The notes beneath the pieces were generated by a model. It made no database searches. It saw only the letters and a list, made by a program, of their open reading frames with translations, and was not told the origin of the DNA. Below, one piece after another: positions 10,526-24,621 of a stretch of 64,000 nt of DNA. Origin of the DNA: Candidatus Oxydemutatoraceae bacterium. Lineage in GTDB: Bacteria > Pseudomonadota > Gammaproteobacteria > Poriferisulfidales > Oxydemutatoraceae. The stretch is taken from contig OZ244717.1 of NCBI GenBank assembly GCA_965218975.1, forward strand, positions 480,001 through 544,000, written 5' to 3'. Numbering within the stretch: position 1 is the stretch's first letter; the number at the start of each line of letters is the position of its first letter. A program made the position numbers and the translations under genes.

Positions 10526-12345
10526 GGAACGTAATGAGACGCCCGGCAATATATCTGTCCAATGCGATTACCGCTTTAGTATTTGCAACATTTCTGAGCG
10601 GATTTCTGCCCGCAGTACAAGCGGTTTCTCCGTTGGAATCTTTGCTTGATGCTCATCAGGAGGACCCTTTACCGCCTGATGAAGCTTTTCAATTGCAGCT
10701 AAGCCGCTCTGCCGAAAATAAAGGCTACATTGCGCAATGGACGATTGCCGACGGTTATTATCTGTACCGCGAAAAGATGAATATTAGCGCTGCCGGACAG
10801 CTTGCGGTAATGGACAAGCCGATAGGAAATACGATTACCGATGAGTTTTTTGGCACCACTCAGATTTTTCGACATCAAGTGCAAGTGCCGTTTCGGTTGA
10901 CTGCCATCAATGAAACGATTGAGGTGCGCTACCAAGGCTGCGCCGATTTGGGTATTTGTTATCCGCCGATCGTCAAGCAGATTGCTTACTCAGACATTGT
11001 CGCCGTGACGTCGAACGGATTATCGCCGCCGTTTTCAGCATTACCCGCTTCCGAACAGACGCAAATTGCCGAACGGATCAGCGGGCAATCTCTATTTCTA
11101 ATCGTTATCGGGTTTCTCGGAGCGGGTTTGCTATTGGCATTTACGCCGTGCGTTTTACCGATGGTGCCGATCGTTTCAGGCATGATCACTAGCAGCAGAC
11201 ATTTATCGACTTATCGCGCTTTCATGCTGACACTATTTTATGTGCTGGCAATGGCGTTGACGTATGCGGTTGCCGGTGTATTGGTGGGATTGAGCGGCGC
11301 TAATCTGCAAATTTGGGTCCAAACGCCCGCGGTTATCGGCGTATTTGTCGCAATTTTTGTGTTGTTGTCATTATCAATGTTTGGCCTTTACCCTATACGG
11401 ATTCCGGCGGTTATTCAGAACCGTTTCAGTCAGGCCGGTAATGAACAAAAAGGCAGCATGTTTGGCGCGATGATAATGGGAAGCGCGTCGGCGTTGATTG
11501 TCGGACCCTGCGTGACGCCGCCATTGGTCGGCACATTATTATTTATTGCGCAAACCGGCAGCGCGGTTATAGGTGGCGTTGCGTTATTTAGCTTAGGTAT
11601 CGGTATGGGCATCCCATTACTTGCAGTCGGCGCTTCGCTAGGGAAATGGGTGCCTAAGCCAGGCCCTTTGCTCGACCGCATCAATGTGCTGTTCGGAGTA
11701 TTATTACTTGCGGTGGCGATTTGGCTATTGGACCGAGTTATCCCGCCCATAGCGACTCAGCTTCTCGCGGGTATTTTATTGGTATTGGCGGCGATTCACT
11801 TTTTATCAGCCAAGCAAGAACGGGGCGCTGGATTGTACGCTTGGCGCGGACTAGGCACGGCGATGATTATTTATGGCGTGATGTTATTGGCCGGCGTGGC
11901 GGCGGGAGGATCGAGTTTTATTGCACCGCTAAAGCCTTTTGTACAAAACGGTCGGCATATCGAACAGGTCCTCGCATTCACTAGAGTGGAAGATTTTGCC
12001 GAATTACAGCGGCATTTGCATGCGGCGGCACAGACGGGACAACCGGTAATGTTTGATTTTTATGCCGACTGGTGCGTAACTTGCAAGGAAATGGAAGCGT
12101 TCACTTTTAATCAAGCTAAAGTTCAGGAAGCATTAGCGCCTTTTGTCGTATTGCAGGCGGACGTTACACAGAATACTGCTGAAAATCGCTTGCTGCTCAA
12201 ACATTTCGATGTTTTTGGACCGCCTGCGATACTGTTTTTCGATCGCGATGGTCAAGAATTGCGCCAAGCGCGTCTCGTCGGTTTTGTTTCGGCGGAAAAA
12301 TTTATCGCGCACCTCGCACTGCTACAAGCGACTCAAACAAGTTGA
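10492..12345 (+). CDS. dsbD: Thiol:disulfide interchange protein DsbD
   Basis: QGCAD.GICYPP, FTPCVLPM, GPC..PP, WCVTCK thioredoxin domain; true start probably about 10534. Confidence 0.95.
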   Translation: MGNRRMRFISVRNVMRRPAIYLSNAITALVFATFLSGFLPAVQAVSPLESLLDAHQEDPLPPDEAFQLQLSRSAENKGYIAQWTIADGYYLYREKMNISAAGQLAVMDKPIGNTITDEFFGTTQIFRHQVQVPFRLTAINETIEVRYQGCADLGICYPPIVKQIAYSDIVAVTSNGLSPPFSALPASEQTQIAERISGQSLFLIVIGFLGAGLLLAFTPCVLPMVPIVSGMITSSRHLSTYRAFMLTLFYVLAMALTYAVAGVLVGLSGANLQIWVQTPAVIGVFVAIFVLLSLSMFGLYPIRIPAVIQNRFSQAGNEQKGSMFGAMIMGSASALIVGPCVTPPLVGTLLFIAQTGSAVIGGVALFSLGIGMGIPLLAVGASLGKWVPKPGPLLDRINVLFGVLLLAVAIWLLDRVIPPIATQLLAGILLVLAAIHFLSAKQERGAGLYAWRGLGTAMIIYGVMLLAGVAAGGSSFIAPLKPFVQNGRHIEQVLAFTRVEDFAELQRHLHAAAQTGQPVMFDFYADWCVTCKEMEAFTFNQAKVQEALAPFVVLQADVTQNTAENRLLLKHFDVFGPPAILFFDRDGQELRQARLVGFVSAEKFIAHLALLQATQTS

Positions 12346-12902
12346 TGTGGCGTAGTTATACCTTGCTGGGCTTTGCACTAATTGCCGCAATCGGCGCTTT
12401 TTCAGCTTATGTCTTGCGACACTCCGGAATGATACCGTCAGCGCGGGAATCCCAACAAGAAAACGTGATCGGGCAGGTTATGCCGGCTTTCCGGCTAAAT
12501 AATCTTGCCGGAGAAACCATTGCATCAAACACTTGGCAAGGTAAAGTAGCGCTGATTAACTTTTGGGCTTCATGGTGTCCGCCATGCCGTCGTGAAATAC
12601 CTGCTTTTGCAGAAGTGCATGAATTTTATCGGGATCAAGGGTTTGAGGTTATAGGAATCGCAGTTGACCAGCGCGAACCTGTCATTGATTTTCTATCGGG
12701 AATGCCGCAAGTGCGTTATTTACAATTAATTGGGTTTGACGAAGCGATCGCCATCGGTCATCAGTTAGGTAACCAAAGCGGGGGACTGCCGTATAGTATT
12801 GTTGTTGACCGCAAGGGCGTAATTCGCTACGTCAAAAAAGGCGAGTTGAGCAAAAGCGCTTTATTAAATGTAATCGAGCCACTGCTGGGAAAAACCGGCT
12901 AG
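12342..12902 (+). CDS. TlpA-family thiol:disulfide oxidoreductase
   Basis: N-terminal TM anchor; NFWASWCPPCRREIP. Confidence 0.9.
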   Translation: MMWRSYTLLGFALIAAIGAFSAYVLRHSGMIPSARESQQENVIGQVMPAFRLNNLAGETIASNTWQGKVALINFWASWCPPCRREIPAFAEVHEFYRDQGFEVIGIAVDQREPVIDFLSGMPQVRYLQLIGFDEAIAIGHQLGNQSGGLPYSIVVDRKGVIRYVKKGELSKSALLNVIEPLLGKTG

Positions 12903-12930
12903 CTAATATCGAAAATATACGGAGCGGGCA

Positions 12931-14508
12931 GTGGCACAGGAAATGATGCGACCGGCAGTGTCGTTTTTCAGCATGACGTTGATCTCGCGCGTCTTCGGCT
13001 ATATTCGCGATGCCGTCATTATGATTTTTTTTGGCGCCGGAGGATTAACCGACGCATTTCTGGTCGCATTCCGTTTGCCGAATTTCCTGCGGCGTTTGTT
13101 TGCCGAGGGCGCGTTTTCGCAAGCATTTGTGCCGGTGCTGGCAGAATATCAAAAGCAAAATCCCGCAGAAATGCAAACATTCATCAATTGTGCCGCTGGC
13201 AGCTTGGGTGCGGTGTTGTTGGTATTGTCGGCGCTTGGCATGATCGGTGCACCATTGCTGATTCTTGTTATCGCCCCGGGGTTTAGTAACGATGCGGCGC
13301 AAATAACGCTATCGGCCGATTTATTGAGAATTATGTTCCCTTATATTATTTTTGTTTCATTGACGGCATTGATTGCAGGTATATTGAACGTGTATGGGTA
13401 TTTTGCAATTCCGGCGCTCACACCGGCGTTGCTTAATTTGTCGTTGATTGCCGCGACATTATGGCTCGCCCCGATTATGCAACAGCCGATTACTGCACTC
13501 GCATGGGGGGTGTTAATTGCAGGAAGCGCACAATTGTTATTGCAGTGGGTCACGCTCAAGCGTATCGGTCTTCATTTTAAGCTGATTTGGGGGTTTTATA
13601 ATGACGGAGTGCGGCGGGTTTTGCGTTTGATGTTGCCGACAGTATTGGGCGCGTCGGTGATACAGATTAATTTATTGATTGATACTATCATTGCGTCTTT
13701 TCTGGCAGCGGGAAGTATTAGTTGGTTGTATATTTCCGAACGGTTTGTCGGGTTGCCAATCGGTTTATTCGGTGTTGCTATCGCTACCGTATTATTGACG
13801 AGACTCTCGACACATTTTTCAACAGATAATCGTTCGGCATTTTGCGAAGCGCTAAGTTGGGGCAGCAGTATCGGTTGGTTATTGGCAATGCCTTGTGTCG
13901 TCGGTTTGACAGCGCTTGCCGAACCGATTCTAATATCGCTGGTGCAGTACCGTGCATTTTCTGCCGATGATACGGCAATGGCGCGGTTGAGTCTGATCGC
14001 TTATGCGACAGGTCTGCCCGCTTTTATTTTAGTCAAAATATTAAATGCAGGGTTTTTCTCACGACAAAATACTCGCCTGCCGGTGCGTACCGCACTGTCC
14101 GCTATGGCGGCGAATCTGATCATGAATTTGCTATTTGTTTGGTTGTGGAAGAAATCCGGCCAACCCGGCGCCCATGCCGGATTGGCATTGGCAACAAGCC
14201 TCGCTTCATGGTTAAACTACGCACTTCTTTATCATGCCTTAAAAAAAGAAGGGTATCAGATTATACTGCCGCAATCCTTGCTGGCAAAAGCCGTGATTGC
14301 TTGTGCAATAATGGGGTTCGTTTTACTCGGATTGTTATCTGTTACCCCTTCTTGGAACGATGCAATGGCGGTGCAACGCCTCTCCGCTCTTGGCGGGTTG
14401 ATGCTGATCGGGTTTGTCGTTTATGTATTGACATTACGGTTATTCGGAATACGTGCGCGGCAGTTAACGGCAATAGGAAAGATAAGTCGGGAGAGTAGTA
14501 ATGGATGA
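12931..14508 (+). CDS. murJ: Lipid II flippase MurJ
   Basis: SRVFGYIRD, FRLPNFLRRLFAEGAFSQAFVP. Confidence 0.97.
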   Translation: MAQEMMRPAVSFFSMTLISRVFGYIRDAVIMIFFGAGGLTDAFLVAFRLPNFLRRLFAEGAFSQAFVPVLAEYQKQNPAEMQTFINCAAGSLGAVLLVLSALGMIGAPLLILVIAPGFSNDAAQITLSADLLRIMFPYIIFVSLTALIAGILNVYGYFAIPALTPALLNLSLIAATLWLAPIMQQPITALAWGVLIAGSAQLLLQWVTLKRIGLHFKLIWGFYNDGVRRVLRLMLPTVLGASVIQINLLIDTIIASFLAAGSISWLYISERFVGLPIGLFGVAIATVLLTRLSTHFSTDNRSAFCEALSWGSSIGWLLAMPCVVGLTALAEPILISLVQYRAFSADDTAMARLSLIAYATGLPAFILVKILNAGFFSRQNTRLPVRTALSAMAANLIMNLLFVWLWKKSGQPGAHAGLALATSLASWLNYALLYHALKKEGYQIILPQSLLAKAVIACAIMGFVLLGLLSVTPSWNDAMAVQRLSALGGLMLIGFVVYVLTLRLFGIRARQLTAIGKISRESSNG

Positions 14509-14695
14509 CAGACAAGACAAACCTAATATCGCCCTCATTGGGGTTGGTACTCTCTTTGCCTCTATGGTGCTTGGCGGGTTTATTCTCGGCTACGCTATAG
14601 ATGTTTGGATTGATACGAACCCGTGGTTTATGTTAGGATTCGGCTTTTTTGGGCTTTTAGGCGGCATATTAAAAGCTCATAAACTATTGACTTGA
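14501..14695 (+). CDS. AtpZ/AtpI-like small membrane protein
   Basis: G..LGY.ID.W.DTNPWF motif at the head of the atp operon. Confidence 0.8.
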   Translation: MDDRQDKPNIALIGVGTLFASMVLGGFILGYAIDVWIDTNPWFMLGFGFFGLLGGILKAHKLLT

Positions 14696-14707
14696 GTCAA
14701 CCTAACT

Positions 14708-15920
<1,213 letters not shown>

Positions 15921-15940
15921 TACTTTAATAGGAGAGTTGA

Positions 15941-16222
<282 letters not shown>

Positions 16223-16272
16223 CTACCTATCTGTAATCGCTCATTATCAGCCCCGTTAACTAAGAGAGCAAA

Positions 16273-16743
16273 ATGAATATCACCGCTACACTGCTTGCCC
16301 AGGTCGCTGCCTTTGTACTGCTGATCTGGATGGTGAACCGCTTACTGTGGACACCGCTAATCACCGCGCTGGAAAATCGCCGCAAGCAAATTTCCGAAGG
16401 TTTGTCAGCGGCGGAGGAAGGGAAAGAAAGCCTTGCCCAAGCACAGACGCAAGCCGGCAAGATTGAAAACCAAGCTCGAAGTAAAGCCGCAAAGATTATT
16501 ACAAACGCCGAAAAACGCGCCGCGGAGATTATTGATGAAGCAAAATCAGCCGCGCAACAAGAAGCCGAAAGAATTCATCACTCGGCGCAAACGGAAATTG
16601 ATCGAAACATCGCTCAAGCAAAAGAATCTCTGCGTGCTGAAGTGTCGACACTTGCCATGCTCGGCGCCAAGCAGATACTGCGCAAAGAGGTGGATGCTGA
16701 TATACATAGTGCGGCGCTTAAAGAGTTGGAAGATCAACTGTAG
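16273..16743 (+). CDS. atpF: ATP synthase F0 subunit b
   Basis: MNITATLLAQ TM segment followed by coiled coil. Confidence 0.95.
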   Translation: MNITATLLAQVAAFVLLIWMVNRLLWTPLITALENRRKQISEGLSAAEEGKESLAQAQTQAGKIENQARSKAAKIITNAEKRAAEIIDEAKSAAQQEAERIHHSAQTEIDRNIAQAKESLRAEVSTLAMLGAKQILRKEVDADIHSAALKELEDQL

Positions 16744-16752
16744 ATATTTCCG

Positions 16753-17292
16753 ATGTCCGAACCAATGACAATTGCCCGGCCCTATGCCCGTGCCGCATTT
16801 GAAATTGCCGACAGTGAAAAGCGGATTAGCCAATGGTCCGAATTTTTGCGGATACTCGGGCAAATTACCCAACAACCCGTTATCGCACGAATGATCGGTA
16901 ATCCGATGATTGACGGTGATACCGTTGCCGAAGTGTTGTGTTGCGGCTTTAGTGCCGGTTTGACTCCACGGCAAGGGAACTTCATACGTCTGCTGGCGGA
17001 TGCACGACGGCTGATGTTTACCTCTCGCATTGCCGAATTATTTGCCGACTATCAAGCGTCCGCCGAACAAACCATCAACGTCAACATTACTAGCGCGCAG
17101 CCGCTGACCGAAGAACAAACAACGATATTACAACAAGCGCTGCAACATCGTCTTAACCGACGAATTGTAGCGCGGCAACATACAGATGAGACACTGCTTG
17201 GCGGTGCCGTTATCCGTGCGGGCGATCAAGTGATTGATGGCTCGTTTAAGACCAAACTGGAAAAACTTTCCGCAGAACTCGCACATGAATAA
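16753..17292 (+). CDS. atpH: ATP synthase subunit delta
   Basis: IARPYARAAF, LLGG.VIRAGD.VIDGS. Confidence 0.95.
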   Translation: MSEPMTIARPYARAAFEIADSEKRISQWSEFLRILGQITQQPVIARMIGNPMIDGDTVAEVLCCGFSAGLTPRQGNFIRLLADARRLMFTSRIAELFADYQASAEQTINVNITSAQPLTEEQTTILQQALQHRLNRRIVARQHTDETLLGGAVIRAGDQVIDGSFKTKLEKLSAELAHE

Positions 17293-17305
17293 TGAGGATT
17301 AAGCG

Positions 17306-18847
17306 ATGCAACTGAATGCAACCGAGATTAGTGATTTAATTAAGAAGAAAATTAAGAGTTTTCAAGCGCCTGCCGAAACACGCACGCAAGGAACAGTGAT
17401 CGGACTGACCGACGGTATCGTTCGAATCCATGGTCTGCGCGACGTAATGTACGGCGAGATGATTCAATTCGGCGACGATTTATTCGGCATGGCATTGAAC
17501 CTTGAACGTGACTCAGTCGGCGCCGTGGTACTGGGTAATTACCAAAATTTGACTGAAGGCGATACATGCTATTGCACTGGTAAAATACTTGAAGTGCCGG
17601 TCGGGCCTGTGCTTGAAGGGCGTGTGGTCGATGCTTTGGGTAATCCGATTGACGGTAAAGGGTCAATCGGCGCGAAACAAACCTTGCCGGTCGAACAAGT
17701 GGCGCCGGGAGTGATTACCCGGGTATCAGTTTCGCAACCGGTGCAAACCGGACTGAAAGCAATTGACTCTATGGTGCCGATCGGACGCGGGCAACGCGAA
17801 TTGATTATCGGTGACAGACAAGTCGGAAAAACTGCCGTCGCGATCGATACGATCATCAACCAAAAAGGCGGCAACCTAAAATGTATCTATGTCGCGGTCG
17901 GACAAAAGCAATCCTCTGTTGCCGGCGTTGTACGTAAGCTCGAAGAACACAGCGCGATGGAACACACGATTGTCGTTGCCGCAAGCGCTTCCGATCCGGC
18001 GCCGATGCAATTTTTGGCGCCGTTCGCAGGCTGCGCGATGGGTGAATACTATCGCGATTCCGGACAAGACGCATTAATCGTTTATGATGATTTGACTAAA
18101 CAAGCATGGGCATATCGCCAGATTTCACTACTTCTACGTCGTCCGCCGGGTCGCGAGGCATATCCCGGCGACATATTTTATTTGCACTCGCGCTTGCTTG
18201 AGCGCGCCGCACGCGTTAATGAATCGTATGTTGAGAAAGCCACCGGCGGTAAAGTGAAAGGACGCACCGGTTCTTTGACGGCGCTTCCCATTATCGAGAC
18301 TCAAGCGGGCGATGTGTCGGCATTTGTGCCGACCAATGTGATTTCTATCACCGACGGTCAAATTTTCCTTGAAACCGACTTGTTCAATTCGGGGTTCCGC
18401 CCGGCAATGAACGCCGGTCTGTCGGTGTCGCGCGTCGGCGGGGCGGCTCAAACAAATATTATTAAAAAGCTCGGTGGCGGGATACGGTTGGCGCTGGCGC
18501 AATATCGCGAACTAGCGGCATTCTCGCAGTTTGCGTCTGATCTCGATGAACAGACGCGTAAGCAGTTGGAGCGCGGCGAGCGGATTATGGAATTGATGAA
18601 ACAAAGACAATATTCGCCGTTATCAATCGCAGCAACGGCAGCCTCCTTGTTTGTCGCCGATAAGGGTTATTTAGACGACGTTGAAACGAGTAAAGTCGGT
18701 GCGTTTGAAAATGCCATGCATTCTTTCATGCGCGGCGAGCATCAGGAGCTAATGAATCAAATCAATGAAAATGCCGATTATAACGACGCTATTGAAGCGC
18801 AGTTGAAAGCCGCGGTTGAAAAATTCAAAACCGGCGGTTCATGGTAA
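17306..18847 (+). CDS. atpA: ATP synthase subunit alpha
   Basis: [18 protein letters not shown]. Confidence 0.99.
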   Translation: MQLNATEISDLIKKKIKSFQAPAETRTQGTVIGLTDGIVRIHGLRDVMYGEMIQFGDDLFGMALNLERDSVGAVVLGNYQNLTEGDTCYCTGKILEVPVGPVLEGRVVDALGNPIDGKGSIGAKQTLPVEQVAPGVITRVSVSQPVQTGLKAIDSMVPIGRGQRELIIGDRQVGKTAVAIDTIINQKGGNLKCIYVAVGQKQSSVAGVVRKLEEHSAMEHTIVVAASASDPAPMQFLAPFAGCAMGEYYRDSGQDALIVYDDLTKQAWAYRQISLLLRRPPGREAYPGDIFYLHSRLLERAARVNESYVEKATGGKVKGRTGSLTALPIIETQAGDVSAFVPTNVISITDGQIFLETDLFNSGFRPAMNAGLSVSRVGGAAQTNIIKKLGGGIRLALAQYRELAAFSQFASDLDEQTRKQLERGERIMELMKQRQYSPLSIAATAASLFVADKGYLDDVETSKVGAFENAMHSFMRGEHQELMNQINENADYNDAIEAQLKAAVEKFKTGGSW

Positions 18848-18888
18848 ATATTTAATTGCGAATTTTAACTAAGAGGAAACCATAATAA

Positions 18889-19752
18889 ATGGCGGGCGAA
18901 AAAGAAATCCGTTCAAAGATTGCCAGCGTTAAGAACACGCAAAAGATCACAAAAGCGATGGAGATGGTAGCGGCAAGTAAAATGCGTCGGGCGCAGGAGC
19001 GCATGGCGGCGAGCCGTCCGTATGCCGAGAAAATCCGTGAGGCAATCGGGCACGTTGCCAACGCGCAAGCGGAGTATCAACATTCTTACCTGATTCGACG
19101 CGAGCCGGTTAAAAGTGTCGGATTCGTCGTGGTTTCGACCGACCGCGGATTATGCGGCGGCTTGAATGTCAATATTATGAAAACAGGAATGGCGGCGATG
19201 CGAGAATGGCTGGACCGGAAAGTTAAAGTTACGGTTACAGCCATTGGCAATAAAGCGGCGGGATTTTACCGCCGGTTCGGCAATCTGGTTTCGGAGACTG
19301 CCCATCTTGGCGATACCCCGCGGCTTGACGATGTGGTCGGCGCTATTAAGACAATGTTGGATGCTTATGATAACGAGGAAATTGATCGCCTATTCTTGGT
19401 AGAAAATAAATTTGTCAATACGATGATACAAAAACCGAGAACGATACAATTGTTGCCGGCCGAGCCATCGGTATCCGAGGAAGTTGCCGGCGGACGCTGG
19501 GATTATATTTATGAGCCCGAAGCGGCGCCGGTATTGGATACAATGCTTAAACGCTACATTGAATCACAAATTTACCAAGCGGTGATTGAAAACGTTGCCT
19601 GTGAAATGGCAGCACGGATGGTTGCAATGAAAAGCGCGTCGGAAAATGCCGGCGAGCTGATTTCCGATTTGCAACTGGTATACAACAAAGCGCGCCAAGC
19701 GGCAATTACTCAAGAGCTTTCCGAGATTGTCGGCGGCGCGGCGGCAGTATAA
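18889..19752 (+). CDS. atpG: ATP synthase subunit gamma
   Basis: [30 protein letters not shown]. Confidence 0.98.
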   Translation: MAGEKEIRSKIASVKNTQKITKAMEMVAASKMRRAQERMAASRPYAEKIREAIGHVANAQAEYQHSYLIRREPVKSVGFVVVSTDRGLCGGLNVNIMKTGMAAMREWLDRKVKVTVTAIGNKAAGFYRRFGNLVSETAHLGDTPRLDDVVGAIKTMLDAYDNEEIDRLFLVENKFVNTMIQKPRTIQLLPAEPSVSEEVAGGRWDYIYEPEAAPVLDTMLKRYIESQIYQAVIENVACEMAARMVAMKSASENAGELISDLQLVYNKARQAAITQELSEIVGGAAAV

Positions 19753-19768
19753 ACACCAGCCTATTTGA

Positions 19769-21160
<1,392 letters not shown>

Positions 21161-21165
21161 GATTT

Positions 21166-21588
21166 ATGTCCACGATAGCTGTTCGCATTGTCAGCGCCGA
21201 GCAAGAAATTTTCAGCGGTGATGTTAGCGCCGTGTTTGCTTCGGCGGAAATGGGGGAAGTGGGTATCTTCCCGCAGCACGCACCCTTGTTGACTCGTTTG
21301 CGTCCCGGCAATGTGAGGATACAGCGCGAAGGCGAAGAGGAAGAACATTTTTTTGTCTCGGGCGGTATTCTTGAAGTGCAACCGAATATAGTGACCGTAC
21401 TTGCCGATACGGTCTTGCGTGGTGACGATTTGGACGAAGCGCGTGCCGAAGAAGCGCGTCAGCGTGCCGAAGAAGCATTGCAGTCTAAGATGACCGAGCA
21501 GGAAACTGCCAAAGCAATGGCGGAACTTGCTCAAGCTGCCGCGCAACTGCGGATGATTGAAGAGTTGCGCAAGATGCGACGGAGGTAA
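21166..21588 (+). CDS. atpC: ATP synthase subunit epsilon
   Basis: [22 protein letters not shown]. Confidence 0.97.
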   Translation: MSTIAVRIVSAEQEIFSGDVSAVFASAEMGEVGIFPQHAPLLTRLRPGNVRIQREGEEEEHFFVSGGILEVQPNIVTVLADTVLRGDDLDEARAEEARQRAEEALQSKMTEQETAKAMAELAQAAAQLRMIEELRKMRRR

Positions 21589-21610
21589 CTAATGTCTGCT
21601 CAAACTCCGG

Positions 21611-21699
21611 TGTACGTACCCAATACATTCCGGATGTTTTTAGGGCTGCTGGGGGCGCGCAATCCGGTATGGGGATTGTTCCCTATAAACCGGCATACA
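21611..21699. mobile_element. Possible ~90-bp IS481-derived MITE or scar
   Basis: Starts TGTACGTACCCAATACATTCCGGAT (compare copy A end TGTACGTGTCCGGACACATACCGGAT) and ends ...CATACA. Confidence 0.4.
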
Positions 21700-21756
21700 C
21701 TCGGTGCAGCCTACAGCAGTGCGCATTTGAGCCTATACTTACGGTATGATAGCACT

Positions 21757-22044
21757 ATGCAGATTAAAAACTTCATCACACCCTTGTTTGCGGGAATCGC
21801 CTGGCTGGTCGGCATAATCCTGTTTGCTCAACTTCTGAGCGGGACATTTGAAACCCGCAGTTGCACCACCGCTTGTGTACAAACGCTTTACTGGATAGCA
21901 TTGGTTGTCGCGGGGACCGGTTGGCTGCTCGGAGCGGTCCTTCTGCCAAAAATGCGTAACGCAGTAACGATAATCAGCATGGCGGCATTAACCGGTCTGT
22001 TGGGAATTTTTGTTGTAATGATGTTTATCGGAACATTTCTTTAG
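21757..22044 (+). CDS. Hypothetical small 3-TM membrane protein
   Basis: Three hydrophobic helices and a CTTAC motif; the upstream ORF extension overlaps the IS scar. Confidence 0.6.
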   Translation: MQIKNFITPLFAGIAWLVGIILFAQLLSGTFETRSCTTACVQTLYWIALVVAGTGWLLGAVLLPKMRNAVTIISMAALTGLLGIFVVMMFIGTFL

Positions 22045-22067
22045 ATCGTGGTTTTTTTACTTCCGGT

Positions 22068-24140
22068 CTAAACTTCGGCATACTTCGTCGCTGCCCCTAA
22101 CCACCGAGTGATCAACTTGTCGGTAATCTCGGGTTGCGATTGTGCTAATTGTTCGGCAAGACTACGCACAACGCTTAATTGCGCCATATCGCGCGCCAAG
22201 TCGGCAATCCGAAAATTCACCTCTCCCGTCTGCCGCGTACCCAACACTTCGCCCGGACCGCGGATTCGCATATCTTCCTGCGCTACCTCAAAACCATCGT
22301 TCGTACGTTTCATCACATCCAAGCGTCGCCTTGCTGTCGGTGATAAAGGCACCGAATACATCAACACACAGCTAGCTTGCCGCTGATTGCGACCGACCCG
22401 TCCACGCAATTGATGTAATTGTGCCAAACCGAATCGTTCGGCATTTTCAATAATCATCAAACCGGCATTCGGCACATCAACACCGACTTCAATAATCGTT
22501 GTTGCTACTAGCAAACTGATTTCGCCTTGTTTGAATGCTGCCAGCGCTGCCTCGCGCTCTGCCGGCTTTGTTTGTCCGTGAATCATCTGTGCGGTGACTT
22601 CAGGCATTTCATGTTGCAATAACTGATAGGTTTGTTCGGCGGTTTGATACTGCAGCTTTTCTGATTCCTTAATCAACGGGCAAACCCAAAAAGCCTGCCA
22701 TCCTTGCAGACAGGCGTTACGCACTCGCTCAATCACTTCGTCGCGCCGAGTATCCGCAATCGCAACCGTTTTCACTGCTTGTCTCCCCGGCGGCAGTTCA
22801 TCAATTACCGAATAATCAAAATCAGCGTACATGGTCATCGCCAAACTGCGCGGAATGGGCGTTGCTGTCATAATCAATTGATGAGGATGGGTATCGCCGT
22901 GTTCGCCTTTTTGCTTAAACGCCAACCGCTGATGCACACCAAAACGATGTTGTTCATCCACTACTAATAATGCCAGCGCGGCAAACTCAACTTGTTTTTG
23001 AAACAAAGCGTGCGTGCCAACTACAATATTCGCTTCACCATTGCGAATTTGACGGCGGGAGGCCCGTACCGATGCCGTTTTCTGCTTGCTAGTGAGCAGG
23101 CAAACGCGGAAACCTAAATCATTCAGCAATGAATGTAAATTTTGATAATGCTGCTCGGCAAGAATTTCGGTCGGCGCCATCAACGCTGCTTGTTTATCGT
23201 TTGCAACCGCTGCCAGCATCGCTGCCACCGCAACCAACGTCTTGCCTGAGCCGACATCCCCTTGCACTAAACGTACCATCGGTTCGGCATGAGATAAATC
23301 GGAGAATATTTCACCGACTACCCTTTGTTGCGCATTGGTTAGATGAAACGGCAGATTTTTCTGTAAGCGGTTAAACAAACCTCTCGGAGCACTGAGAGCA
23401 ATAGCTTTTTGCCGTTTAACATTTCTGCACAAGCGACGTAAACCCAGCGTGTGCGCGAGCATTTCTTCAAGCGCCAACCGTTTTTGTGCCGGATGTTCAC
23501 CAGCTTGCAGAAGTTCAATGTCGGCATCGGCGGGCGGACGATGGATATAACGAATCGCCTCTTTCAATGAGGCTTGTGACGTAAACTGCACTAGTATATT
23601 CTGCGGCAACAGCTCTTCAAGATTATTATCATCGTGTCGCAACCAATTCAATGCCAAATCGGTAAACTTACGCCAGCTGAACTGATTAATACCTTCAATA
23701 GTCGGGTAGACCGGCATATATGCCGGCTCATAATCGGTATCGCCGGTATTGACAAACCGATATTCCGGATGAATCATTTCTAAGCCTTTTTTTGTCCGCC
23801 GCGCTGTGCCAAAACAACGCAGAAACCGTCCGACTCCCAAGGTGGCTTGCTGTGCTTTTGAAAAATAGAAGAACTTAAGCTCCAAACACCCGGTTTTATC
23901 ACAAATACGCACGACCAATGTCCGCCGTCCACGGTATACGACTTGGACATGCTCAATCGTCCCCCTTACCAGAGTGTCGTGATGCGTGGGCAGGCTGGCG
24001 ATGGAATAAACGCGCGTTCGGTCTTGATAGCGAAAAGGAAAATGAAACAGTAAATCCTCAATCGTGCGAATCCCTAATTTGCCCAACTTCTCCGCAACCC
24101 GAACGCCAATCCCGTGCAGTTGTGTAACCGATACGCTCAT
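22068..24140 (-). CDS. recG: ATP-dependent DNA helicase RecG
   Basis: QGDVGSGKT, DEQHRFG, TATPIPR, QLRGRVGR. Confidence 0.98.
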   Translation of the reverse strand: MSVSVTQLHGIGVRVAEKLGKLGIRTIEDLLFHFPFRYQDRTRVYSIASLPTHHDTLVRGTIEHVQVVYRGRRTLVVRICDKTGCLELKFFYFSKAQQATLGVGRFLRCFGTARRTKKGLEMIHPEYRFVNTGDTDYEPAYMPVYPTIEGINQFSWRKFTDLALNWLRHDDNNLEELLPQNILVQFTSQASLKEAIRYIHRPPADADIELLQAGEHPAQKRLALEEMLAHTLGLRRLCRNVKRQKAIALSAPRGLFNRLQKNLPFHLTNAQQRVVGEIFSDLSHAEPMVRLVQGDVGSGKTLVAVAAMLAAVANDKQAALMAPTEILAEQHYQNLHSLLNDLGFRVCLLTSKQKTASVRASRRQIRNGEANIVVGTHALFQKQVEFAALALLVVDEQHRFGVHQRLAFKQKGEHGDTHPHQLIMTATPIPRSLAMTMYADFDYSVIDELPPGRQAVKTVAIADTRRDEVIERVRNACLQGWQAFWVCPLIKESEKLQYQTAEQTYQLLQHEMPEVTAQMIHGQTKPAEREAALAAFKQGEISLLVATTIIEVGVDVPNAGLMIIENAERFGLAQLHQLRGRVGRNQRQASCVLMYSVPLSPTARRRLDVMKRTNDGFEVAQEDMRIRGPGEVLGTRQTGEVNFRIADLARDMAQLSVVRSLAEQLAQSQPEITDKLITRWLGAATKYAEV

Positions 24141-24163
24141 TGAAACACGTCTGTTTAGTTAAG

Positions 24164-24553
24164 TTATTCGCGATCAACCACCATAATGGCATCTATTTCA
24201 ACTTGCGCGCCTTTTGGTAGAGCCGCAACTTCCACCACCGCGCGTGCCGGATAAGGCGCGCTAAAATGCTCTGCCATAATCATATTTACTGACGGAAAAT
24301 GGGTCAGGTCGGTTAGATAAATATGCATCTTTACAATGTTGTCGAAACAACCGCCGGCAGCGTGCGCCACTGCTTCCAAGTTGCAAAAAACCTGGTGTGT
24401 CTGGGCGTCAATGCCACCGTCAATCAGTTCCATAGTCGTCGGTACCAAAGGAATTTGACCGGATAAATAAACGGTATCGCCGCTTCGCACCGCTTGTGAG
24501 TAAGTTCCGATCGCTTGCGGCGCGTCGGTGGTTTGAATAATCGTCTTGCTCAT
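24164..24553 (-). CDS. ridA: RidA/YjgF family enamine deaminase
   Basis: AP.AIG.YSQA, SGQIPL, PARA.VEV..LP. Confidence 0.92.
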   Translation of the reverse strand: MSKTIIQTTDAPQAIGTYSQAVRSGDTVYLSGQIPLVPTTMELIDGGIDAQTHQVFCNLEAVAHAAGGCFDNIVKMHIYLTDLTHFPSVNMIMAEHFSAPYPARAVVEVAALPKGAQVEIDAIMVVDRE

Positions 24554-24621
24554 GCCAGTATTTTCAGAGTAAGCCGTTTCAGGACAGTACGGATTTGCGA
24601 ATTATAGTATAAAAGCGCTTA

